Positions 37,075 to 43,817 of a stretch of 43,923 bases of DNA are shown here, in pieces (the stretch's first letter is position 1; each line of letters starts with the position of its first letter). Made by a program: the position numbers and the translations under genes. Location: the IMG/VR virus record IMGVR_UViG_3300002164_000001, positions 1-43,923 of that record, one strand, 5' to 3'. The notes beneath the pieces are model-generated. The model did no database searches, was not told where the DNA came from, and was given only the letters and a program-made list of their open reading frames with translations. The stretch comes from a virus.

Positions 37075-37139
37075 TTTAAAGTTTATATATTCTTGGGCAA
37101 TCAATAACCTGATACACAATTAAAAGTTTAAGATAGTTT

Positions 37140-37264
37140 CAGTTGGTTAACAGCTATCTTGAGTGGTAATTGGAATAATGGTTCTAATACTGGTAGCTTC
37201 AATTGGAATGTGAATAATGTTTCTTCTAATCGTAATCGTAATCAGGGTGGTCACTTAGTAAATG
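37140..37264 (+). repeat. DGR template repeat (TR), non-coding
   Basis: Lies in the 330-bp gap between the fibre and RT genes. Read in the VR frame it gives ...NWNNGSNTGSFNWNVNNVSSNRNRNQGG..., with 11 AAT codons at diversified positions. Confidence 0.9.
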
Positions 37265-37404
37265 CATAAAAATTAAAATGTTAAGTATTGATTGCCCTAC
37301 CACTCGGTAAAACATAAAAATTAATTGAACTGTATTAGTAGACTTTGACTTATTCAAAGGTTGAAAGTTCGGTTTGATCGTGCATACAAAGGATGATGAC
37401 ATAA

Positions 37405-38472
37405 TTGAAAAGATACGGATATTTATATGAAAAAATTTATGACATGGACAATCTTATTCTTGCACACCACAATGCAAGAAAGGGAAAAGGATGGTATCAG
37501 GAAGTAAAAATGGTTGATGCAAATCCTGAATACTACCTGACCAAACTTCAAGAAATGTTGATCAATAAAACTTATCAAACTTCTGAATATGAAACATTCA
37601 TCAAGAAAGATAGTGGTAAGGAAAGGGAAATATTCAAGTTACCTTATTTCCCTGATAGAATTTGTCAGTGGGCAATTATGCAAGTAATTGAACCTTATTT
37701 ATTAAGGAATTTCACAAAAGACACTTATTCAGCAATACCAGGAAGGGGAATTCATCAATGTTTAAATAGATTAAAATATGCACTAAATCATGATGTTCCT
37801 GAAAGTCAGTATTGTTTGAAGTTAGATTGTAAAAAATTTTACCCATCAATTAACCATACAATTTTGAAAGAGAAATACAGAAGACTTTTCAAAGATGATG
37901 ACCTTCTTTGGTTACTTGATGAAATTATTGATTCAACACCTGGTGACACTGGAATTCCTATTGGTAATTATATTTCACAATATAGTGGGAACTTTTATCT
38001 ATCAGAATTTGACCACTGGATTAAGGAAGTTAAAAAGGTGAAGTATTATTTCAGATACATGGATGACATTGTTATCCTGGGAAGAAGTAAAGAAGAACTT
38101 CACCAATTAAAAAGAGAAATTGAAGAATATCTATGGGTAAAATTGAAGTTAAAAATTAAAGAAAATTGGCAGGTGTTCCCTACTTATGTTCGTGGAATAG
38201 ACTTTGTTGGATATAGGGTATTCATGAATTATTCATTACTTCGGAAATCCACTTGTAAACAATTTAAAAGAAAAATGACAGCACTTAATAAGAAAAGGAT
38301 TGAAGGAAAGCAATTGAATTATTCTGAATGGTGTTCCATTAATTCATACAAAGGTTGGTTGATCCATTGTAATAGTTATAGATTATCGGAAAAGTATATT
38401 AAACCTATTCAACAATTTGCAGATGATTATTACCTGCAAAATATTTATAAGAAAGGTGGAATTCAAACATGA
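37405..38472 (+). CDS. DGR-type reverse transcriptase
   Basis: GIPIGNYISQ (I/LGxxxSQ, the DGR-RT hallmark), YMDD (RYMDDIVILG) and motif A LKLDCKKFYPS. 355 aa, TTG start after aaaggatgatg. Confidence 0.9.
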   Translation: MKRYGYLYEKIYDMDNLILAHHNARKGKGWYQEVKMVDANPEYYLTKLQEMLINKTYQTSEYETFIKKDSGKEREIFKLPYFPDRICQWAIMQVIEPYLLRNFTKDTYSAIPGRGIHQCLNRLKYALNHDVPESQYCLKLDCKKFYPSINHTILKEKYRRLFKDDDLLWLLDEIIDSTPGDTGIPIGNYISQYSGNFYLSEFDHWIKEVKKVKYYFRYMDDIVILGRSKEELHQLKREIEEYLWVKLKLKIKENWQVFPTYVRGIDFVGYRVFMNYSLLRKSTCKQFKRKMTALNKKRIEGKQLNYSEWCSINSYKGWLIHCNSYRLSEKYIKPIQQFADDYYLQNIYKKGGIQT

Positions 38473-38723
38473 TTGATCATGGAAAAGTCAGAAGCACTGT
38501 TGCACCTGAACCAATGGTTGTTGATGAATTCAGTGTGTGGGTTCATTCCAATATCACACCAGTGGAAGAAGACAATGGTGAAGAAACTTTTGTTGGCTTT
38601 GAATATGACATGGTTCAGTATGACAAAGATGAATATATTAAAATTATAACTGAAAGAAGTAAAACTACAGAAATGACTTTGGACACACTTTTAACTGAAA
38701 TACTTCCAAGTCTAATGTTATAA
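38469..38723 (+). CDS. Small acidic tail-module protein (XkdW-position)
   Basis: 84 aa, 4-nt overlap with the RT stop. The sequence type (STVAPEP...FSVWVHSN...GFEYDMVQYDKDEY) is one I recall following fibre genes in Firmicutes phages. Confidence 0.55.
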   Translation: MIDHGKVRSTVAPEPMVVDEFSVWVHSNITPVEEDNGEETFVGFEYDMVQYDKDEYIKIITERSKTTEMTLDTLLTEILPSLML

Positions 38724-38741
38724 GAAAGGTGGTGATAAATA

Positions 38742-38912
38742 ATGAGTGCATTTATAGCAAGAATAATTTCAAATGAAGCAAAGATTTCCCTTGAAAAAGG
38801 AAAAGCAAAATATAAAGCTTATTTTGTAAACACATCATTATATTTGAACTGGAAATCAGAAGTTGACACCATCCTTGAAACTGATGGTTATGCAGAAGTA
38901 ATTGTTAAGTAA
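38742..38912 (+). CDS. Small protein (56 aa, XkdX-position; below the ORF-track cutoff)
   Basis: ATG at 38742 after aaaggtggtga. Open frame to TAA at 38910-38912, followed by a terminator. Confidence 0.55.
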   Translation: MSAFIARIISNEAKISLEKGKAKYKAYFVNTSLYLNWKSEVDTILETDGYAEVIVK

Positions 38913-38939
38913 TACAAATCTATTAAAACATAATAAAAA

Positions 38940-38982
38940 CCCCTATATGACCATTATATGAGTTGTCAGATAGGGGTTTTTT
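38940..38982 (+). terminator. Rho-independent terminator ending the tail operon
   Basis: Stem cccctat / atagggg followed by tttttt. Confidence 0.6.
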
Positions 38983-39002
38983 GTATTCCATAAGTAAAAG
39001 GG

Positions 39003-39326
39003 GTGATGCGTCTGATGACTGTTGAAGTTGCACTTGTTATTTCTATTGTATCGGTTGGATTTGGTATTTGGTCAGGAATAGTGAACATAAAAAGAAACCA
39101 AAAAAATGATACCAAAGCTGATGCATCTGAACTAACAACTGTAATAGTTAAACTTGAAAACATTGGAACTGGAATAACTGAAATTAAATCAGAAATGAGT
39201 AATGTAAAAACTGATGTAAAAGAAACTAGGGAAAGAATTATCAGAGTTGAAGAATCTGCAAAACAAGCACATAAAAGAATAGACACTCTTGAAAAGTATA
39301 AAAGAATTGGTGAATCAGATGAATAA
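39003..39326 (+). CDS. Membrane-anchored coiled-coil protein (lysis-associated, XhlA-position)
   Basis: N-terminal TM (VALVISIVSVGFGIWSGIV) and a coiled-coil C-terminus. First gene of the lysis cassette. Confidence 0.5.
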   Translation: MMRLMTVEVALVISIVSVGFGIWSGIVNIKRNQKNDTKADASELTTVIVKLENIGTGITEIKSEMSNVKTDVKETRERIIRVEESAKQAHKRIDTLEKYKRIGESDE

Positions 39327-39570
39327 GAGAAAAAAGAAAAACAGGTTTTCCAAGTTTATTGTTACACTGGTAATTTTATTAAACATTCTTTTCACTGCTG
39401 CTGTTTTATACATTTTCATGAAAACAGGAAGTGAACCAATGACATTGATTGGATGTTGGTTTGCTTTTACAACAGGTGAATTATGGATGCTTTCAAGTAT
39501 TAAAAAATCCAAAGTAAAAAAGGAAGGTGAAAATAATGAAGATCAATTGGAAACAGAAATTGACCAGTAG
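39289..39570 (+). CDS. Two-TM small membrane protein (holin-like)
   Basis: FIVTLVILLNILFTAAVLYIF and LIGCWFAFTTGELWMLS. The likely start is the ATG at 39319. Confidence 0.5.
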   Translation: MKSIKELVNQMNKRKKKNRFSKFIVTLVILLNILFTAAVLYIFMKTGSEPMTLIGCWFAFTTGELWMLSSIKKSKVKKEGENNEDQLETEIDQ

Positions 39571-39766
39571 AAAGTTTTGGGCAGCAGTTGTTGGTTTTGT
39601 CACTGCAATATTGGTTGCTTTTGGGGTTGATGATCTAACTATTGAACAAGTTGTTGCTTTAATCACAGCAGCATCTACACTGATTGCTTACATAATCGGT
39701 GAAGGAATGGTTGATGCTGCAAGGGTAAATTCAGAGAAAGGAAAAGGTGAAGATAATGGCAATTAA
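39527..39766 (+). CDS. Holin (LL-H / phi-LC3-like)
   Basis: KLTSRKFWAAVVGFVTAILVAFG signature. 79 aa, directly upstream of the amidase gene. Confidence 0.7.
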   Translation: MKIMKINWKQKLTSRKFWAAVVGFVTAILVAFGVDDLTIEQVVALITAASTLIAYIIGEGMVDAARVNSEKGKGEDNGN

Positions 39767-40811
39767 AATTACACTAGATCCTGGACATGGTAGGACTGGA
39801 AATCCTTATCCTCCACAGAAAGGTTATTATGAAGGAACTCAAATGTGGAAACTTGCAAACTTCTTAAAAGTAGAACTTGAAAAATATGGATTTGAAGTTA
39901 TAACTACAAGACCAAATCTTAATGATAACCCTTCCCTTTCAGCAAGAGGACAACTTGCAGGGAAGAATGGTTCTGCTTTATTCCTATCACTTCATAGTAA
40001 TGCACCTGCAAGTGCATCTGATACAAAACCAACAGGTTCAATTGTGTATTATTCCTTGACAGATACAAAGAATAAAGTATTCGCTGATTTGATTGGGAAT
40101 AAAGTATCAGAAGTCATGGGACATTATTACAGGGGTAGTTTAACAAGGGTAGGTTCAAGTGGTGCTGATTATTATGGTGTTATTAGAGCAGCAGCACAAA
40201 GTGGATGTAAGGCAGCATTTATTGTTGAACATGGTTTCCATACCAATATTAAGGATTCAGCATTTCTTATTGTAGATGCTAACCTTCAAAAATTAGCAGT
40301 AGAAGAAGCAAAAGTGATTGCCCAGTACTTTGGTCAAGAAAAGAAAGAAAAGCCCCCACAGGCTAAACCAGGGGTTCTGTATAGGGTTCAAACTGGTGCT
40401 TTCAAAAATAAAGCAAATGCAGATGCACTTCTTGCAAAAGTAAAGGCAGCAGGATTTGACACTTACATGATTCAAGCAGATGGACTTTATAAGGTTCAAG
40501 TTGGTGCTTTTAGTGTAAAATCAAATGCAGATGCTATGGCTAAAAAATTAAAGTCAAAAGGGTTTGATGTTTACATTACAACAAAAGGTGGATCAGCAGT
40601 TTCTTCTTCTCCTGCATCAAAGAAAACATTAAAAGTTGGAAGTAAGGTAAAAGTCAAAAAAGGTGCAAAAACTTTTGAAGGTGGAAATTTAGCATCATTT
40701 GTTTACAATCAAATTTATAATGTTATTCAGATGAATGGTAATAGAATTGTAATTGGAAAAGGAAAAGTTGTTACTGCTGCAATCCATAAAAACAACTTGA
40801 TTTTACAATAA
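39747..40811 (+). CDS. Endolysin: N-acetylmuramoyl-L-alanine amidase (Amidase_3) with two SPOR repeats and a C-terminal binding domain
   Basis: LDPGHG...SLHSNA...EHGFHTN. SPOR-like YRVQTGAFKNKANADALLAKVKAAGF and YKVQVGAFSVKSNADAMAKKLKSKGF. The likely start is the ATG at 39756. Confidence 0.85.
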   Translation: MKIMAIKITLDPGHGRTGNPYPPQKGYYEGTQMWKLANFLKVELEKYGFEVITTRPNLNDNPSLSARGQLAGKNGSALFLSLHSNAPASASDTKPTGSIVYYSLTDTKNKVFADLIGNKVSEVMGHYYRGSLTRVGSSGADYYGVIRAAAQSGCKAAFIVEHGFHTNIKDSAFLIVDANLQKLAVEEAKVIAQYFGQEKKEKPPQAKPGVLYRVQTGAFKNKANADALLAKVKAAGFDTYMIQADGLYKVQVGAFSVKSNADAMAKKLKSKGFDVYITTKGGSAVSSSPASKKTLKVGSKVKVKKGAKTFEGGNLASFVYNQIYNVIQMNGNRIVIGKGKVVTAAIHKNNLILQ

Positions 40812-40993
40812 AATCTGTTACTATTATGTTACTAATGTATGTGATTTTATGTGTTTTCATAGTTCATTAAAATTGAACAAACCCTTGAACTATGGGAATT
40901 TAGCATACTATTAAATTGAACAAATTTATGATATAATAAATTTATAAATACCCCAACTGCTTGATAATTCAAGGGTTGGGGTATTTTTTGTTA
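40812..40993. other. Candidate attP region (between the endolysin and integrase 3' ends)
   Basis: Canonical Firmicutes-phage position. Contains tandem TGTTACTA(T/A)T at 40816 and 40827, a third copy at 40989, and the 11-bp direct repeat aattgaacaaa at 40871 and 40914. Confidence 0.4.
40948..40989 (+). terminator. Strong rho-independent terminator closing the late operon
   Basis: 10-bp stem ataccccaac / gttggggtat with an internally paired loop, then tttttt. Confidence 0.8.
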
Positions 40994-42010
40994 CTAATGT
41001 GTTATTAGTTCAATTGCATCTTTCAACTCTTGAACTGTTTTATGAGTGTAAACTCTTTCACCAACTTCCTTGGATTTATGCCCCATCATTAGATCAATAC
41101 ATACTTTATTTGCACCTGCTGAATCTAATCTTGATCTAAAAGTATGTCTACATTCATGTGGTGTATGTTCAATTTTAAGTTCATCCATTATTGAATTCCA
41201 TATTTCATAATACTTAGCATTAGATAATTTTTTTCCATTAAGTGAAAACAAATACTTGTTTCCTTCTTCTACTCTTTTCTTTACAAATTCAAAAATTTTT
41301 GAATGAATTGGAACAATTCTATCTTTCCCTGATGCTGATTTTATGCCACCTTGAAAAGTTCCTTGTTCCAAATCTACCTTTTCAGTTTTTAATGATAGTA
41401 ATTCACTGATTCTAAACCCTGAATATAAAAATACTAGGACTGAATCAACCCAAGGTTTATCTTTAATCTTCCAAACCTTATCAACTTCTTCATCAGTGAA
41501 TGGTTTCTTCTTTGTTTCAGGTATGGGTTCAGCAGTTGTTAATTGAGCATACGATTTATCAATAACATCAATTTCAAGTGCAAACCTATCAAGATGACCA
41601 AATAGGTTCTTGATTGCCCATTGTGTTGAATATCCCCTTCCACAGTTATCAATACAATCTTGCATGTGAAAAGATTTCATATCTTTATATTTCATCTTAT
41701 GAAATTTCTTGCAATGATTATATGCAGATTTCAATGAAGCTTTTGTTGATTTCCCCAACTTTGGCATTTTCTTTTCCTGGAATAACTCAAATAAATCTTC
41801 CATAGTTGTTTTTTCAGCATCTATATCCCAAGGTGACTTGTTATATTCTGCAAGTAATATCATTCCTTCTTCCCTGGTCGCTGTATAACCAATAGGAAGA
41901 TATATTGGATGACCTTTTTCATTCCAACCTATTGTTTTTCTTACTGCAAATGGTCTTCTTCTATTACCTGAAAGTTTAACTACACTTCCATAACCATTTG
42001 GATTTCTCAT
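40994..42010 (-). CDS. int: Tyrosine site-specific integrase
   Basis: C-terminal catalytic signature HECRHTFRS...MMGHKS...RVYTH. 338 aa. Confidence 0.9.
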   Translation of the reverse strand: MRNPNGYGSVVKLSGNRRRPFAVRKTIGWNEKGHPIYLPIGYTATREEGMILLAEYNKSPWDIDAEKTTMEDLFELFQEKKMPKLGKSTKASLKSAYNHCKKFHKMKYKDMKSFHMQDCIDNCGRGYSTQWAIKNLFGHLDRFALEIDVIDKSYAQLTTAEPIPETKKKPFTDEEVDKVWKIKDKPWVDSVLVFLYSGFRISELLSLKTEKVDLEQGTFQGGIKSASGKDRIVPIHSKIFEFVKKRVEEGNKYLFSLNGKKLSNAKYYEIWNSIMDELKIEHTPHECRHTFRSRLDSAGANKVCIDLMMGHKSKEVGERVYTHKTVQELKDAIELITH

Positions 42011-42014
42011 TTAA

Positions 42015-42608
42015 TCATTCACCCCTTGTATAATTAGGGGTTGAAATGGTATAATCATATTGGATAAATATCACTGGTAACCATTTCAACCCTGAATTCT
42101 TAATGGTTACATGAAAGATCCTTGGTGCTGCAACACCAGGGGTCTTTTTTTTTTTTTTTAGAACAACTTTCAAAGGTGCTGATTGTGGTTTTAATTTCTT
42201 AAAGTAATCAACCAATTGACCTGCACCAATACCATCATTAGTTGTTAATACAATAGTTTTTTCTTCATCAGACTGATAATTGATGATTACAAAATGCGTT
42301 ATAATTTTCTTATGTTTGGTCTTCACCCTTCCACCAACCATTGCACCTAATAAACCAAATGTTGCTGCACCAATTATCATTCCAGGTGCTGATTGTTTTA
42401 CAATTTGCTGCATTTCAACTTCATTTTTATAATCAATCAGTGATAATTTTGAAATGTTAATTTCAAATTCTTGTTTTGTTGCAGCTTCAATCAAAGTTAA
42501 ACCTTCATCAGTTAATTTTACAACTAAATCAGCTTCTTCTTTAACTGGCAACCCTTCAACATGATTTGCACCAATAACTTTTCCTTTAACCTTTTTTCTT
42601 CTAAACAT
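42015..42608 (-). CDS. Lysogeny-module protein with a central glycine-zipper TM segment and an internal A15 (poly-Lys) tract; function unknown
   Basis: PGMIIGAATFGLLGAMVGG hydrophobic segment. KKKKK is encoded by A15 (42145-42159 on the + strand). The 42 codons after the tract cross hairpin-rich DNA and may not be genuine coding sequence. Confidence 0.55.
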   Translation of the reverse strand: MFRRKKVKGKVIGANHVEGLPVKEEADLVVKLTDEGLTLIEAATKQEFEINISKLSLIDYKNEVEMQQIVKQSAPGMIIGAATFGLLGAMVGGRVKTKHKKIITHFVIINYQSDEEKTIVLTTNDGIGAGQLVDYFKKLKPQSAPLKVVLKKKKKTPGVAAPRIFHVTIKNSGLKWLPVIFIQYDYTISTPNYTRGE

Positions 42609-42645
42609 GAATTTTCACCTTTCCTTTCTAAAATTTTAATTTCAT

Positions 42646-42915
42646 CTTGAACTTTTATGTCTATCTTGAACCCCTTGAAAGTATTGATTTCATGAGGTTT
42701 TCATTCATAATCGGTTCAAGGTTCAAGGTTGTTCTCTCTATATTCTTTATTTTTAGGGTATTATATTTTTATAATTTTTTTTTTATTATTTTAACTTAAT
42801 TACTTAATAACTTATAGTAATCTTGAACTTCTTGAACTGAACACAGTCAAACCCTTGTGGGATAACTCTTTCAATCGGTTCAAGGTATGTTAATCCATCT
42901 TGAACCATCTTGAAC
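42646..42915 (-). promoter_or_regulatory. GTTCAAG/CTTGAAC site array with an AT-rich core (copy A), upstream of the 42608 gene
   Basis: cttgaac at 42646, 42665, 42822, 42831, 42899 and 42909. gttcaag at 42713, 42720 and 42878. Site order and orientation match copy B when read on the opposite strand. Confidence 0.7.
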
Positions 42916-43341
42916 CATCACGTCTTGATCTATTCTTAATTGGATCAGTTCTTCATGAAATCCATAAATCATTGCAAGTTGACCAGTAGTTAATTCCTTA
43001 TATTCTTTCAAGTCTTCATCACTAATAAGTAAATTCACAGCAAATTTATTTGCTTCAATTTCAAGTTTATTGACTGATAAATAAGTCTTTTCCCTTAAAA
43101 AAGGGGTGTTTGACTTTGGGTGTAATAAAGCATGACCAAGTTCATGGGCAGCAGTGAATAATTTTTTATAATCAGGAAGGTTACAGTTGATATGGATGAA
43201 TTTTTGTCTAAATGCAGTGTTGTAATATCCATTGATACTTCCAAGATCTTCAAACAAAACAATAATTCCAAGATTATCAGCAATATCATAAGGATTTCTT
43301 GTCTTATGCTTTTTAATTAACTTTGAAATAATCTCCTTCAT
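42880..43341 (-). CDS. ImmA/IrrE-family metallopeptidase (same gene as 155..616, seen again through wrap-around)
   Basis: Identical 153-aa translation. Confidence 0.85.
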   Translation of the reverse strand: MKEIISKLIKKHKTRNPYDIADNLGIIVLFEDLGSINGYYNTAFRQKFIHINCNLPDYKKLFTAAHELGHALLHPKSNTPFLREKTYLSVNKLEIEANKFAVNLLISDEDLKEYKELTTGQLAMIYGFHEELIQLRIDQDVMVQDGSRWINIP

Positions 43342-43364
43342 ATCAATATACCCCCTCTTAAATG

Positions 43365-43817
43365 TTATTTCTTATACTTGTTTGGAGTATATTTCTTTGC
43401 AATCATCTTCCCCATCTTCAAACTATTCAAAAGACTTGCTTTCAAAAGTTCCCTCGTTTCATCATCTAAAATTTCACCATCAAACATTAAAGCTTCTTGA
43501 TTACTATCAAGTTGTTCCAATAAGAAATTCATTGTGGTAGCAATATCTTTTTTATCCCTATTTGAAAAATCTTCATATCTTTCAACATCCAATGCAAGTT
43601 TCTTTTCATCAGGAATACATCTGAACTTTGTTTTACCAAGTAACCAATCAACTGAAACATGAAAATAATCTGCAACCTTAGATAATTTATCAGTGCTTGG
43701 TGAACTTTTATTCCACTTGTATAATGTTCCCCTTCCAAAATCAAGTTCTGTTTCAAGTTTTGATACTGTTATATTTTTTTCTTCACATAACAACTGAATT
43801 TTTTCCAGTATGTTCAT
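43365..43817 (-). CDS. XRE/CI-like repressor (same gene as 640..1092, seen again through wrap-around)
   Basis: Identical 150-aa translation. Confidence 0.85.
   Translation of the reverse strand: MNILEKIQLLCEEKNITVSKLETELDFGRGTLYKWNKSSPSTDKLSKVADYFHVSVDWLLGKTKFRCIPDEKKLALDVERYEDFSNRDKKDIATTMNFLLEQLDSNQEALMFDGEILDDETRELLKASLLNSLKMGKMIAKKYTPNKYKK

Larger units (their letters stand above)
36933..38472 (+). mobile_element. Diversity-generating retroelement cassette (VR - TR - spacer - RT)
   Basis: A VR/TR pair with adenine-only mismatches, plus an adjacent RT carrying the DGR-type motifs. Confidence 0.9.

Noticed and set aside
37058-37139. An IMH element or GC-rich cruciform immediately 3' of the VR, as in BPP-1.
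   Set aside because: The sequence after the VR/TR homology is AT-rich with no convincing stem. All differences in the last 30 aligned bp are again at TR adenines, so I cannot delimit an IMH/IMH* pair from the sequence alone.
37405-38472. The RT as a retron, group II intron or Abi/defence-type reverse transcriptase.
   Set aside because: It has the IGxxxSQ motif and an adjacent TR/VR pair with adenine-only mismatches. I saw no msr/msd-like inverted repeats, no intron domain V/VI-like structure, no maturase or endonuclease extension, and no fused effector domain.
38469-38723. The 84-aa ORF overlapping the RT stop as the missing Avd.
   Set aside because: It is acidic, shorter than typical Avd, and looks beta-rich rather than a basic four-helix bundle. 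It resembles the small protein that commonly follows fibre genes in PBSX-like tail modules. It is retained only as a long-shot hypothesis under the Avd finding.
42015-42160. A tRNA-derived attP core or tRNA gene fragment next to int.
   Set aside because: I found no T-arm (GGTTCGAAT-like) or acceptor/CCA-like segment by eye. The hairpins here are better explained as the terminator-like stem and the 13-bp inverted repeat. No tRNA or tmRNA was recognised anywhere in the window, though a tRNAscan run would settle it.
42880-43817. A second ImmA/XRE immunity pair that could suggest a duplicated or hetero-immune locus.
   Set aside because: It is base-for-base identical to 155-1092 and is part of the 1198-bp terminal overlap. 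It is the same locus seen twice.
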